Assembly: GCA_963710375.1 (NCBI GenBank)
Contig: CAVPZX010000005.1
Coordinates: 224,001 to 288,000 of the forward strand
Reading direction: 5' to 3'
Length of the DNA: 64,000 nt
DNA from: Nitrospirota bacterium
GTDB lineage: Bacteria; Nitrospirota; Thermodesulfovibrionia; Thermodesulfovibrionales; Dissulfurispiraceae
Position 1 is the first letter of the stretch, and each line of letters begins with the position of its first letter. Below the pieces are notes generated by a model, which worked only from the letters and a program-made list of their open reading frames with translations, did no database searches and was not told where the DNA came from. A program made the position numbers and the translations under genes. This document shows positions 21,322-32,230 of this stretch, piece by piece.

Positions 21322-22296
21322 ATGAAATTCACGATTGGCTTCGAAAAGGAGGATGCAAAAAAGTTGCACTCCTATTGGGATGAAATCATAGATTCACAGC
21401 AATGGACCGAATGGAAATTTAGCAGGATGTTCGAGGAGAAATGGACCGACCACAATTCACTGTACTCAGTCTCTTTCGGCTCATGGTCGGGCGCCGCGCT
21501 GGCTGCCCTCGAGTTCTTTAATGTGCGCAACAAGACTGTGCTCTGCCCATCGAACACATTTATGGCAACTCCGCTGAGCGTTATAAAGGCCGGTGCAAAC
21601 GTAGAGTTCGTAGATTGCAATCGCGATGACCTTTGCATGTCATTTGAGGATTTAAAAATCAAAATCGAAAAGTTCAAGCCGGCTGCTGTATGGGTGGTGC
21701 ATATCGGAGGACATATAGCTTTCGAGATCGAAAGAATAGCTGCGTTGTGCAAAGACAAAGGAATCGTCCTGCTCGAAGACTGCGCCCACGCCCATGGCGC
21801 TTCATGGAACAGCAAAAGACCGGGGGCATGGGGAGATGCAGGCGTATACTCTTTTTACGCGACAAAAACAGTGTCGACGGGCGAAGGGGGGATGCTGGTA
21901 ACGGCCAATAGGGACCTTGAGAATTTTGCAAAACAGTACAGGAATTACGGAAAGCCGGATTATAAGGTCGAAGGGCTGAATTTCAGGATGAGCGAGTTCA
22001 CAGCGGCAATCGGCTGCGTGCAGGTTGACAGGCTTGGAGACATTGTTGCATGGAAGACAGAGTATGCGAAGAAGCACCTGGACCCCGCGTATAAACACAG
22101 GGTCCTGTTCCCGGAAGGAATGCAATCCGGATATTACAAATATATTGTTTTCGATCCCATAGAGAAATCGACGGGCAAGGTGTACGACACACCCTGCCAC
22201 TGCATAATGAAACGTGAAGACAACTTTCCTAACACAGACTGGATAGCGCAAAACCACTGGTGCGTGCCTCTGTATTACAAGGGCGATGAGCCCTAG
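21322..22296 (+). CDS. DegT-family aminotransferase (short form)
   Basis: EDCAHAHG and SFYATKTVSTGEGG. AGGAG RBS upstream. Confidence 0.87.
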   Translation: MKFTIGFEKEDAKKLHSYWDEIIDSQQWTEWKFSRMFEEKWTDHNSLYSVSFGSWSGAALAALEFFNVRNKTVLCPSNTFMATPLSVIKAGANVEFVDCNRDDLCMSFEDLKIKIEKFKPAAVWVVHIGGHIAFEIERIAALCKDKGIVLLEDCAHAHGASWNSKRPGAWGDAGVYSFYATKTVSTGEGGMLVTANRDLENFAKQYRNYGKPDYKVEGLNFRMSEFTAAIGCVQVDRLGDIVAWKTEYAKKHLDPAYKHRVLFPEGMQSGYYKYIVFDPIEKSTGKVYDTPCHCIMKREDNFPNTDWIAQNHWCVPLYYKGDEP

Positions 22297-23356
22297 GTCG
22301 AACATACTTTTTGTGGCGACCCAGTTCGGTTCTTTCAATATGTTATATCCCATTCTCATGAAGTGTATGGCAAATTACGGGGTGGGCTATATGGGCATAA
22401 GCGCTATAACCGGCGACGGCCTGATACTGAATCGGACAATAGGCGAGAATGATCATATACCTTCATGGGTCCTTGAGCGCTACAACCTGGTGGTTACAGG
22501 CACGTCTCATTTAAGCGAAGTGGAGTATGATGTTTGGCGCGAGGCGGCCAAAAGGAATATAGGAAGCGTATGTGTCCTGGATTCATCGAAGGGATGCGGG
22601 GACCGTTTCATCAAGAACGGCAGCGCTGTCTACCCTGACGTTATATGTGTTGTAGACGAAAAGGCCGTGGAGGCGCTGATCGACCTTGGCGCCCCCAAGG
22701 AGCGTATAGTGGTCACGGGGTCGCCATACCTGGAGGCCGTCAACGCCTTCAGGCTTTCCGTGGAGGAAAGGGAGCAGGAGAAAAAAGTGGCCTCCCCTGA
22801 AGGTAAAAAAATAGTGACCTTTTGTACGGAATACTTAGCCAAGAGCGGCGAGGCAGGAAGATACGGTTACGACGAGCTGACTATTCTTCGGGATCTGCTC
22901 CTGTATATTGATCAAAGAGGGCCGGGGCGTTTCAAGCTGCTCATCAAGCTGCACCCCAATGATTCCGCAGGCATCTACAATGATTTCATGCAAGGGGCGT
23001 CGTCTGCGGTTGACTGGCAGGTAGTCTATGCAGATACAGAAAAGAAGTTTCTCCAGATTTCGGATGTGGTTGTAGGCATGACATCGGTTATACTCACAGA
23101 GGCCTTGATGCTTGACCTTCCTGTCGTCAGTTACCAGCCTGTTACCGATGCGGGAATGGTCCACTACGCCGTGGGATTGCAGCCTGAGTTTTGTGTTACA
23201 TCGAGAGATGCTTTCTTCACCTTGCTGGACAATAAGCTTAGCCCCGGAAACAGGATGTCGGATGTGTGTGTTGAAGCGCCGCGCCATGGCTCTCTGAACG
23301 CCTTGATGAAGGTGATTGACAGGGCACTGCCTGAACAGGGGGACGCAGCGCGTTGA
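22286..23356 (+). CDS. Hypothetical GT-B-like polysaccharide biosynthesis protein
   Basis: VVTGSPY, IKLHP and DVVVGMTSVILTEA resemble GT-B/epimerase-like proteins. Confidence 0.6.
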   Translation: MSPRSNILFVATQFGSFNMLYPILMKCMANYGVGYMGISAITGDGLILNRTIGENDHIPSWVLERYNLVVTGTSHLSEVEYDVWREAAKRNIGSVCVLDSSKGCGDRFIKNGSAVYPDVICVVDEKAVEALIDLGAPKERIVVTGSPYLEAVNAFRLSVEEREQEKKVASPEGKKIVTFCTEYLAKSGEAGRYGYDELTILRDLLLYIDQRGPGRFKLLIKLHPNDSAGIYNDFMQGASSAVDWQVVYADTEKKFLQISDVVVGMTSVILTEALMLDLPVVSYQPVTDAGMVHYAVGLQPEFCVTSRDAFFTLLDNKLSPGNRMSDVCVEAPRHGSLNALMKVIDRALPEQGDAAR

Positions 23357-24336
23357 GATACGGGATGAAGGCGGCGGCGCTTTTCCGCGCACAGATCTCC
23401 GACAGGGTTGCGGCTCTCGGCTCTCTCGGTTTGAAGCCGGTTGTAGAACTGCATCTGTTCGGTCTTGACGACGTGTTCGGCCCGCGCTGTGGAGAAGTGG
23501 TCGAAAATTGCCGCTCGTTTCAGGAAACTGTGTTTATAGTCCATTACCCTATATACGATACCTCCACCGGTTATATTTACGACCCGTTCAACGGAGAGGC
23601 GGAGGGTTTTGAAAAAACGCTCCGCTTTGCAAAGGACATAGGTTCGAATGTCATGGTAATGCATCGCTGCTTCGGTTTTGACAGGGGCCTCGGAAAGGAA
23701 GAGGCCGGGGCGCGTTTTTTCGAAAACGTGGCGCAGTGGGACTGTCTCGCAAAAGAGTCCGGTGTGAAAATACTTTATGAGAACTACGGTTTTGTATGGC
23801 TTCAGAAAGGTCTGGGCAAAGATTATGTGACAAGCCCGCTTGACCATTTTTTCCCCTGGGACATGCGGGAGTTTGCTCTCAAGGCGGAAAGGATGGGTCT
23901 TGAGAATACGGGCGTCCTTCTGGATTTTGCTCATGCCGCGCTTTCGGCCAATATGTTCAACATGCTAAAGGTCCAATCTCATCTTAGGTCCGATGCAAGG
24001 TTTGCAAACATTTATCCGGAAGACCTCGAAAGGGCCGAACAGTTGACTGTGGCGGATTTCGTGCTCGATTTTATAGACTATTTCCATGTTTCAGACGCCC
24101 TCGTCTGGGAAAGCTCCTACGGGCTTGACCGAATCGACAGGTTTTTATGCACTGAGAATCTTCCGATAGGGCGGGGGAACATAGACTACAGGGGGATCTT
24201 AAGCAGAGTCATGGGGGACAAGACACTTATAATGGAGATTGACCCTGAAGAGGGCGACCATACCCATAACGTATCTCAGCTCCGTGGCGTTGAGTGGTTC
24301 AAAAAAAATATTGAGGAGATATCGCTATGTGCCTGA
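23353..24336 (+). CDS. Xylose-isomerase-like TIM-barrel protein
   Basis: LYEN, LDFAHA, FHVSDA, LPIGRGNIDY and IMEI metal-ligand pattern. The start may be 23365. Confidence 0.72.
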   Translation: MRYGMKAAALFRAQISDRVAALGSLGLKPVVELHLFGLDDVFGPRCGEVVENCRSFQETVFIVHYPIYDTSTGYIYDPFNGEAEGFEKTLRFAKDIGSNVMVMHRCFGFDRGLGKEEAGARFFENVAQWDCLAKESGVKILYENYGFVWLQKGLGKDYVTSPLDHFFPWDMREFALKAERMGLENTGVLLDFAHAALSANMFNMLKVQSHLRSDARFANIYPEDLERAEQLTVADFVLDFIDYFHVSDALVWESSYGLDRIDRFLCTENLPIGRGNIDYRGILSRVMGDKTLIMEIDPEEGDHTHNVSQLRGVEWFKKNIEEISLCA

Positions 24337-25124
24337 TTATCGCGGAAGCCGGTGAAAACCATCTTGGCGACATGGAAATAGCCAAAAAGCTGATAGATCT
24401 GTCCAGGAATGCCGGAGCTGATTATGTGAAGTTTCAGTATTATGACGCTGCAACCTGCGCTGCCGATGACCCTGAAAAAGAGTGGTTTGAAAAGGTGCAG
24501 TTGGACATTGAAAAGATAAAATATCTCTATGACTACTGCGGCAGGAGCGGTATACCATTTATGTGCACGCCCTGGGACGCCAAAAAAGCCGAGGACCTGT
24601 TCTCCCTCGGCGTAAGGGATATGAAGATTGCCTCGTTTCATATAACAGACACTGAAATGCTTCGAACTGTCGCGAAAAAAGCCGGGAGGGTCTTTCTTTC
24701 GACAGGCATGAGCTCGGTTGATGAAATAGACGCTGCTGCGGCCCTTTTAAAGGGTACCGAGCTTTATCTGCTCCACTGCGTATCAGAGTATCCGCTGGCC
24801 GAAGAACGTGTAAATTTGCTGTGTATGGACTTCCTGCGTGAGCGCTACGGATGCAGGGTGGGATACTCGGACCATACTCTCGGCATTCTGGCGCCGCTTG
24901 CCGCCGTGGCCCGGGGGGCGGATGTAATCGAAAAACACATTACGCTCTCAAAGACCTTTTTCGGCACGGATCATATCCTTTCCGCTGATCCTGCGGAGCT
25001 TAAGCTGCTTGTGGAATACGCCGGAAGAATAGGCAAAATGCTCGGCAGCAAGGAGAAAACCATTACGGATACAGAGCTCGGCGTCCCAGGCGTTTCTGAG
25101 AAACCGCTTCAACCACGAGAATAA
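24327..25124 (+). CDS. NeuB-family synthase, short form lacking the SAF domain
   Basis: IIAEAGENHLGD, KIAS, LHCVSEYP, GYSDHT and IEKHITL. The last ~15 codons may be frameshifted near 25080. Confidence 0.88.
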   Translation: MCLIIAEAGENHLGDMEIAKKLIDLSRNAGADYVKFQYYDAATCAADDPEKEWFEKVQLDIEKIKYLYDYCGRSGIPFMCTPWDAKKAEDLFSLGVRDMKIASFHITDTEMLRTVAKKAGRVFLSTGMSSVDEIDAAAALLKGTELYLLHCVSEYPLAEERVNLLCMDFLRERYGCRVGYSDHTLGILAPLAAVARGADVIEKHITLSKTFFGTDHILSADPAELKLLVEYAGRIGKMLGSKEKTITDTELGVPGVSEKPLQPRE

Positions 25125-25148
25125 ATAGGGGACCGGCAGGGTATTACT

Positions 25149-27170
25149 ATGAAACTACACGATAAAAAAACGGTCATTATCGATCTATGGGAAACACTTA
25201 TCTTCGGCACCGAAGACTCCGCTATTTCTATATTTTATAAGAAAATTACCGGTGAAGACATATCTCCCGAGCAGATAAGAAACTGCCTGCTCATAGGAGA
25301 GTCCGAACCACGGGCATTTCTTCAAAAGTTTCTCGAATTGGTGACGCCGTCAAACCTGCCGTCAATGCTTCTGGCTGTAAAGAACCCCAAGTCCCCTATG
25401 CACGCTAAAATACTGAAACAGTTCAACGAACACGTCGCAGATACGTTTAGGGGTATACGTTGGGCGCCGGGTGCAATAGAGCTGCTTGAGTTGCTGCGTA
25501 GTAAAAACTACCGAATCATCATTGTCTCTAACGTCTGGGCCTACCAGAAGGATTTTTTCGTCAATGAACTACGCCTTGGAGAGTATGTTGACCTGTGGCT
25601 TTTCTCATGCGATATGGGAATCAACAAGGACCGGATACTCCAAAAGCTCCCTGAAGTAGCGGGCGTCAAGCCGGGAGATGCGATCTATGTAGGGAAGTCT
25701 TATGAATACGATATAATACCCGCGGTCAATGCAAACCTGAGCGCTTTGCGGGTTGCGGATGAAAACAACATAATCGACCCTGAAAAACTCAGTCTCCTGA
25801 TAAAGGAGGAGCTAGACGGCAAGGCAGCAAACGCTGCGGCGAAATTTCCGCTGTCTTCCGACGCTAAAGACGTTTTGATAGTGGTGCCACCCTTTTACAA
25901 GCTCCTCGGGAGCCACAACAACAGGCTGAACCTTTCAGCGGCCTCTCTGTCTTCATACCTGTCCCATCTGGGATATGACAGCACCATATATCATGCAGAT
26001 TCGAGGAATCATGAAAACTATATCACGCGCTACCAGATGGTTTTCAATTCGATAGAATTTTACGAGGCCCTTGAAAAAGAGGAGGCCTACGACGAATTCG
26101 AGGATTATTACGCTGCTAATAAAGCGGACACAGTGTTTGTAACTTGCGGCGACCTCCTGAACCCATCCTTCGACAGCGGAAACTGGGATTCCACCAATAA
26201 AATAGCGAAGATAGTCCGCAGAATAAATCCAAAGGCATATGTTATCGCTATAGGACCGGAGATAGGAAGGCAGTCCAAAGACTTCGACCTTGTTGTTGAG
26301 GGAGAAATAGAGAACACGCTGCAGTCAATCATGGAGAAGCGTATTCGTGGTCGCGTGTCAGGCACGCTTCTGGCTGAAGGCAAATTTAAGGACGTGCCGC
26401 TGTTCGATATGAAGAAGATAGTGACTCCGGTTTCGCCGGTCTCACTGGACACCATAATATGGCGCAGAGGATGCGCCGGGACCTGTAGCTTTTGCAGGGT
26501 AGCTCAAATAAACAGGGGCCTGATACGCTACCGCACGATGGATTCAGTGTTCGAGGACATCGCGGTGCGCTATAACGGCCTGGGGATACGCAACTTTTAC
26601 ATCGTCAACGCCAATTTCACGTCACACAAAGAGCTTGTCATGGATTTCTGCAAGCGGCTATCCTCTGAATTTCCCGGGATAAGGTGGAGGACAGAGAGCA
26701 GGTTCGACACGCTCGACGAGGAGCTGCTCGGCGTGATGAAGGACTCAGGCTGCACACACCTCAAGCTTGGACTCGAGAACGCCCTGAGCGAGAGACATCA
26801 GGTCAAGACAAAAAAGGTGAACCTCCAGCTCGCATCGCAATGGATAAAGACAATCCAGGGGACCGGCATAAAGTGTGTTATTTATCTAATGCTCGGCGGA
26901 AAATGGTTTACACACAGCCAGTATGAACAAATGTACGAAAACGCCAGGTCGCTGAACGCGGACGGCTATACAGTAAGTCTTTACAACCCGTACCCCGACA
27001 CGCCTGCGGGTATAACTCATGAGGAGTGGTCGAGAAGAAAGTTCATAGGCAGTCATCTCGACATAAGGTTGATCGATTTCTGGAAGATACCAATAGATGT
27101 TTTCGACGCATTTTTTTCCATAGAAATGGCAAATGGACGTGAAGACAAAGACGTGAGGAAGTTCATATAG
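25149..27170 (+). CDS. HAD-like hydrolase domain fused to a radical SAM domain
   Basis: N-terminal IIDLWETL, IVSN and YVGKSYEYDI. C-terminal RGCAGTCSFC, LGLE and NPYPDTP. Confidence 0.78.
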   Translation: MKLHDKKTVIIDLWETLIFGTEDSAISIFYKKITGEDISPEQIRNCLLIGESEPRAFLQKFLELVTPSNLPSMLLAVKNPKSPMHAKILKQFNEHVADTFRGIRWAPGAIELLELLRSKNYRIIIVSNVWAYQKDFFVNELRLGEYVDLWLFSCDMGINKDRILQKLPEVAGVKPGDAIYVGKSYEYDIIPAVNANLSALRVADENNIIDPEKLSLLIKEELDGKAANAAAKFPLSSDAKDVLIVVPPFYKLLGSHNNRLNLSAASLSSYLSHLGYDSTIYHADSRNHENYITRYQMVFNSIEFYEALEKEEAYDEFEDYYAANKADTVFVTCGDLLNPSFDSGNWDSTNKIAKIVRRINPKAYVIAIGPEIGRQSKDFDLVVEGEIENTLQSIMEKRIRGRVSGTLLAEGKFKDVPLFDMKKIVTPVSPVSLDTIIWRRGCAGTCSFCRVAQINRGLIRYRTMDSVFEDIAVRYNGLGIRNFYIVNANFTSHKELVMDFCKRLSSEFPGIRWRTESRFDTLDEELLGVMKDSGCTHLKLGLENALSERHQVKTKKVNLQLASQWIKTIQGTGIKCVIYLMLGGKWFTHSQYEQMYENARSLNADGYTVSLYNPYPDTPAGITHEEWSRRKFIGSHLDIRLIDFWKIPIDVFDAFFSIEMANGREDKDVRKFI

Positions 27171-27189
27171 TGACTCTTGACTGCTGCGG

Positions 27190-28191
27190 ATGAAGAAGTT
27201 GAGAGCAGGCATAATCGGCCTCGGGCGAATCGCCTCCCTTTACGAGAAGGACGGGCGGGCAAAAAAATACTACCCGTTTCTGACGCATGCCGGTGCTTAT
27301 TTCAAGCACCCCTCGATCGAGGTCGTCTGCGGCGCCGACATAGACACTAAGCGCCTGCAGGCGTTCCGCAAAATGTGGGGCACAGAGAGACTTTATAGGG
27401 ATTATGAGGAAATGCTCGAAGAGAACATGCTCGATATCCTCAGCATATGCACTCACCCGGAGCTGCATTACCCCATCATTCAATCCGCTGCCGGACGAGC
27501 AGGTGTGATCTTTTGTGAAAAGCCCTTCGCGTTAAACAGCCGGGAGATACGGTCTATAATACGATTGTGCGGAAAGACCGGAACTAAAATTACCGTCAAT
27601 CTTTACCGCGAGTACGACAGGTCCCACGGGGCTGTCAGGACGCTTCTTAAACAGCGCTGTTACGGGGAGCTGCAGAGGATAAACTGCTTTTACGGCAAAG
27701 GACTGAGGAACATGGGTTCCCACATGCTCGGATACCTGATAGGGACGCTGGGGATGCCCGGAAAAATAACTGTGCTCGGCAGACGGCGTTACTCCGGGAT
27801 TGAGGAAGACACCTATGATGTATACCTTGAGTTCAGGGGCGGCATTCCCGCAATGCTCCAGGCATGCGATTTCAATAATTACCGGTTGTTTGAAATGGAT
27901 TTTGTGTGTCAAAGCGGCAGGATACAGATTGCGGACGAGGGGCTTACGTTCCGGTTCTTTGAGTCACGTCCGAACCGCGCTGAAAGCGGCGCCCGCGAAT
28001 TGTTAGAAACGAGGAGGGGCGTGAAAAGCACGATAGGCAATGCGCTGTTTTATGCGGTTGATCACCTTGCCGCGCTGAGCCGGAAGGCCGGGACTAAACC
28101 GATAGTGTCTCCCGAGGCTTATTTAGGGATTCAGAAGGTAATAGAAGAAATTGAACAACAGGGGGGTAAGATGCCGTGTATCCAAAGTTAG
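27190..28191 (+). CDS. Gfo/Idh/MocA oxidoreductase
   Basis: GIIGLGRIA, FCEKP and NMGSH motifs. Confidence 0.87.
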   Translation: MKKLRAGIIGLGRIASLYEKDGRAKKYYPFLTHAGAYFKHPSIEVVCGADIDTKRLQAFRKMWGTERLYRDYEEMLEENMLDILSICTHPELHYPIIQSAAGRAGVIFCEKPFALNSREIRSIIRLCGKTGTKITVNLYREYDRSHGAVRTLLKQRCYGELQRINCFYGKGLRNMGSHMLGYLIGTLGMPGKITVLGRRRYSGIEEDTYDVYLEFRGGIPAMLQACDFNNYRLFEMDFVCQSGRIQIADEGLTFRFFESRPNRAESGARELLETRRGVKSTIGNALFYAVDHLAALSRKAGTKPIVSPEAYLGIQKVIEEIEQQGGKMPCIQS

Positions 28192-29462
28192 CTTTGTTAG
28201 GCGGCTCCCCTGTCAGGACGAGAAAATATCCCCCTCATATTACAACAGGAGAGGAAGAGAAAAGGGCCGCAATGAGCGTGCTTGAAAAAGGAGTGTTGTC
28301 TGAGTTTGAAGGTACTAATAATGAATACTTTTCAGGTGGTGAACAGGTAAGGTTTTTGGAGCAGGAATGGGCTGAAAAGTTCTCTGTCAGATACGCAATA
28401 AGTTTCAATTCCGCGACTTCCGCTCTGTACGCCGCAGTCGGAGCTTGCGAGGTTGGACCCGGGGACGAAGTCGTTGTCACGCCTTTTACAATGAGTGCTA
28501 CCGCCACGGCGATTCTCGCTTATAACGCCATCCCCGTTTTCTCGGATGTCGAACTTGAGCATTACAACCTTGATCCGTCGGCGCTGGAAGGCAAAATAAC
28601 TCCCATGACAAAGGCTGTATTCGTAGTTCACATCTTTGGTCACCCGGCTGACATGGACGCAATTTTGGCAATAGCAAAGAAACACAATCTGAGGGTGCTT
28701 GAAGACGCTGCCCAATCTCCCGGCGCCATGTATAACGGGAAGCTGTCAGGGACGATAGGCGATATCGGCGTATATAGCCTTAATTGCAATAAGGTGATCC
28801 AGTGCGGGGAAGGCGGAATAGCTGTGACGAATGACGCTGACCTGGCGGAAAAGCTCAGGCTTATTCGCAACCATGCCGAGGCTGTGATAGCCTCCGGCCG
28901 CAAGGTCAAGGGCCTTGTCAACATGATAGGCTGGAACTACAGGATGACCGAGATCGAGGCAGCCATTGCCAGGGAACAGTTGAAGAAGCTCAACGCTCTG
29001 AATGCTGCACGGCTTGAGCTTGTTATGTATTTGAATGATAAGTTGAAGGACGTGCAGGGAATGAGCATACCGCCGGTGAGAAAAAATTCCACCCATGTTT
29101 ATTACCGGTATGCTCTTAAGATCGACCCGGACATAATTCCCATTAACGCGCCGATTTTTGTGAAGGCATTAAACGCGGAGGGAATGGACTTCTACGTCAG
29201 TTATATGAAGCCGCTGTACCTTCAGCCGCTTTATCAAAACCTGATCGGTTACGGGGACAAGGGTTGCCCGTTTACATGTCCATACTATGAAGGACGGGTG
29301 AATTACTCAAAGGGCATATGTCCGAATGCCGAGAAGTTGGAGGATGTGGTCATTTCCACTGAGATTGTGCGGCCGCCGCAGACCAGGGATGACATGGATG
29401 AGATAGCGGAGGCCGTGGAAAAGGTGCTTCACAATATGGACGACCTGAAGAAATATTCATAA
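28176..29462 (+). CDS. DegT/DnrJ/EryC1/StrS aminotransferase
   Basis: NSATSAL, EDAAQSPG and SLNCNKVIQCGEGG motifs. Confidence 0.9.
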   Translation: MYPKLALLGGSPVRTRKYPPHITTGEEEKRAAMSVLEKGVLSEFEGTNNEYFSGGEQVRFLEQEWAEKFSVRYAISFNSATSALYAAVGACEVGPGDEVVVTPFTMSATATAILAYNAIPVFSDVELEHYNLDPSALEGKITPMTKAVFVVHIFGHPADMDAILAIAKKHNLRVLEDAAQSPGAMYNGKLSGTIGDIGVYSLNCNKVIQCGEGGIAVTNDADLAEKLRLIRNHAEAVIASGRKVKGLVNMIGWNYRMTEIEAAIAREQLKKLNALNAARLELVMYLNDKLKDVQGMSIPPVRKNSTHVYYRYALKIDPDIIPINAPIFVKALNAEGMDFYVSYMKPLYLQPLYQNLIGYGDKGCPFTCPYYEGRVNYSKGICPNAEKLEDVVISTEIVRPPQTRDDMDEIAEAVEKVLHNMDDLKKYS

Positions 29463-29649
29463 CACTGATGTCGAGCAGTCAGGCCACAGTGCTTCAGCTC
29501 ATTCTCGCAAGGCATCCAGCCTTGCTCCGAGGCTATTGCAGCCTGTTCAACCATCCGTGGTTTCTCTTAGGCTGCAAAAGTCCGCTTCAGCACCATGCCC
29601 TGCCTGCTCTTCGATTTTAATTATGAATAGTGTGAGATAGGAGAGAGAC

Positions 29650-30411
29650 GTGTCCAGGAAAAAGGTAAATGCGATTGTGGAAGCGAGGATGGGCTCTACA
29701 AGGCTCCCCGGCAAAACGCTTATGCCGATTGCGGGACAACCCGCTATTAAGCTCCTTCTGGAAAGGCTTCGCCGGGCACATGGGATTGACACTATAGTGC
29801 TTGCCACCACTACTAACCCGGAAGACGATGTTCTTGAGGAGTTCTGCCGAGACAATCAAGTTGTCTGTTTCAGAGGCTCATCAGAGGACGTCCTTGGGCG
29901 GGTACATGCTGCTGCGAAAAAATACGCTACCGACGTCGTCGTGGAGGTGACGGGCGACTGTCCCCTGTTGGACCCCGTGCTCATCGATGAGTGCATAGAT
30001 ATCTTTCTTAAGTCCGACTATGATTATCTGAGCAATTTTCTTGTTCAATCGTATCCGCCTGGAATAGACGTGCAGATATTCACGTTCGATGCCCTGGAGA
30101 AGATGCATTTGTCGGCAAAAAACCCGAAGTTCAGAGAGCATGTCACTTTGTATATAGTTAAACACCCGGAAGAGTTTAAGATGCATAACATTACGGCGCC
30201 GCCGGAACTTCACTTTCCGGATTGGCACCTTGAACTGGATGAGCCTAAAGATTATGAGCTTATAAAGAAGATATACGAAGCGTTATACCCGGACGACCCT
30301 TCTTTCACCACCCAGGCTATCGTAAACTTGCTGAAAGCACACCCCGAGTGGCTTGCGATCAACAGGGACGTGGAGCGGCAGTGGGAAAAGGTAAGGGAAG
30401 AAAATCTGTAG
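29650..30411 (+). CDS. SpsF-like cytidylyltransferase
   Basis: EARMGSTRLPGK, RGSSEDVLGR, TGDCPLLDP and REHVT motifs. Confidence 0.88.
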   Translation: MSRKKVNAIVEARMGSTRLPGKTLMPIAGQPAIKLLLERLRRAHGIDTIVLATTTNPEDDVLEEFCRDNQVVCFRGSSEDVLGRVHAAAKKYATDVVVEVTGDCPLLDPVLIDECIDIFLKSDYDYLSNFLVQSYPPGIDVQIFTFDALEKMHLSAKNPKFREHVTLYIVKHPEEFKMHNITAPPELHFPDWHLELDEPKDYELIKKIYEALYPDDPSFTTQAIVNLLKAHPEWLAINRDVERQWEKVREENL

Positions 30412-30419
30412 GGGGAACA

Positions 30420-31435
30420 ATGAATAAAGTTTTTTCGAGACAGGACAGGTCCAAAACAACAGAGCAATTCAGCTACAAGAAAGACATAATGGAAATCCTC
30501 GCCAAAAATCTCGGCAAGCCGTTTATAGAGTATAGGCAACGGTTTGAGAGGGCGGCTAATTTTGAGGAAGAGCCTCAGTTCCCGATTCATATAGACTTCG
30601 AGACAGTCTTCGGCTGTAATCTCCGTTGCATCATGTGTACTCACTCCTACCGGGAGCTCTTCCCCTCACGCAAGCAGTTTATTGATTTTGAACTGTTTCG
30701 GAAGGTTATTGATGAAGGGGTGCCTTATGGCCTGTCTGCCATAGGACTGGACCAGGAAGGCGACCCTCTATTGGTAAAAAAATTGCGGGAATTTATAGAG
30801 TATGCAAGGGCGAAGGGTATCGTGGATGTAATTTTAAACACCAATGCGCTCTTGCTCGACCGGGAAAGGACTGAGGAGTTGCTTCATTCCGGGCTCACCA
30901 GGATACACTTCTCCCTGGACGCCGTAAAGGAAGAGACATACGACAAAATACGTAGAGGTTCAGACTTCAAGAAGGTCATGGAAAATATTCTCTATTTTTG
31001 TAAAAGAAAGCATGAACTGAAAAAGAGCTGCCTATTACCAGAGTCAGCTTTGTGCGGATGGTCCATAACGAGAAAGAGATAGAATCTTTTGTAGAATTCT
31101 GGACGCCACATGTCGATGCAATCGGGCTGCAGGAATACAATAACCCCTTCCCGGCTATCCCGGAACTGAACCTTTTGTATGCTGCCAACAGGATAAAGAA
31201 CCCCGACTTTAAATGTACGCAGCCGTGGTTCAGAATGGTAATACTGACAGATGGAACAGCATTGCCCTGCTGCCTGCTCGGCATGTCTTTAAAGATGGCT
31301 GTGGGCAACGCGAGCAACGAATCTGTCTACAACATTTGGAACTCGGAGAAAATGAAATACTTGAGAAAACTGCACAAGGACGGCAGATACGGTGAACATG
31401 AAACATGCCGGATTTGTGCTCAGAACTTTGTATAA
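30420..31435 (+). pseudogene. Radical SAM/SPASM protein split by a frameshift at the A5 run 31020-31024
   Basis: CNLRCIMC in ORF1 and CTQPW...DGTALPCC...CRIC in ORF2. Adding one A joins them. Confidence 0.82.
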
Positions 31436-31498
31436 GCATTAGTTTAATACGCGGAATTTGAATGAAGATGCAGATGATGATTGAGCTTTCGAGCAAAA

Positions 31499-32186
31499 AT
31501 GTTAAAACTGATTAAAGCAAAGGTAAGAAACCTTATATTCCGACAACTTCCCGGATTTTACTGGTTTTATCGCGGACGTAGCTACTATAAGAACAGAGAC
31601 GAGTCTGTATGTGAAAAACTGCTTCATGATGAGATATGTAAAACCGTATTATCATTTCAACCTGCGCGGGTATTGGAATATGGGGTGGGCAACGGTTCGG
31701 TGTTGAACAAGCTTCTGTTAAAGAAACCGGACCTTGCCGGATATGGAATAGACATTTCAAGAAGTCAGATAGGTATAGCACGAAAAAATGCACCAAATGC
31801 AGTATTCCTCGTCAGACTCTTTGCAACAAATTGATTATCCTGACGATTTTTTCGATGTCATCTATGGATTAGGCGTCCTGATGTATCTTAAACCTGAGAC
31901 AAGAGGGAAGTCTTTTCATGAACTGTATCGTGTTTGTGGAAATTATCTTGTGGCAGTCGAATATGTCACTGATTATTTCTCTGAAGATTTATTATCCAGG
32001 TTCCGCAATGCAGGTGACTACAGGTATGAATATGACATTAAAGAAGCATTGCAGGCTGCAGGGTTTGAGATTGTACTGTCGGAGAAAATAGCTGCGACGT
32101 GGGACCCGAAGATTAATTTGCTGGGAGAAATGCCGTGGGGAATAATAGTCTGTAGAAAACGACCAAATAAATTTAACTCTGCGTGA
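31499..32186 (+). pseudogene. Class I SAM methyltransferase split by a frameshift near 31810
   Basis: VLEYGVGNG and GIDIS in ORF1. YPDDFFDVI...VLMYL in ORF2. Confidence 0.78.
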
Positions 32187-32230
32187 AATCCGCCAGTACC
32201 GTGAGAATCAATTAAACAAAGGAGTAGAAT

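Noticed and set aside
30868..30877. Isolated GGACTGAGGA matches in coding sequence (also ~27700)
   Set aside because: Single copies are expected by chance and have no array context.
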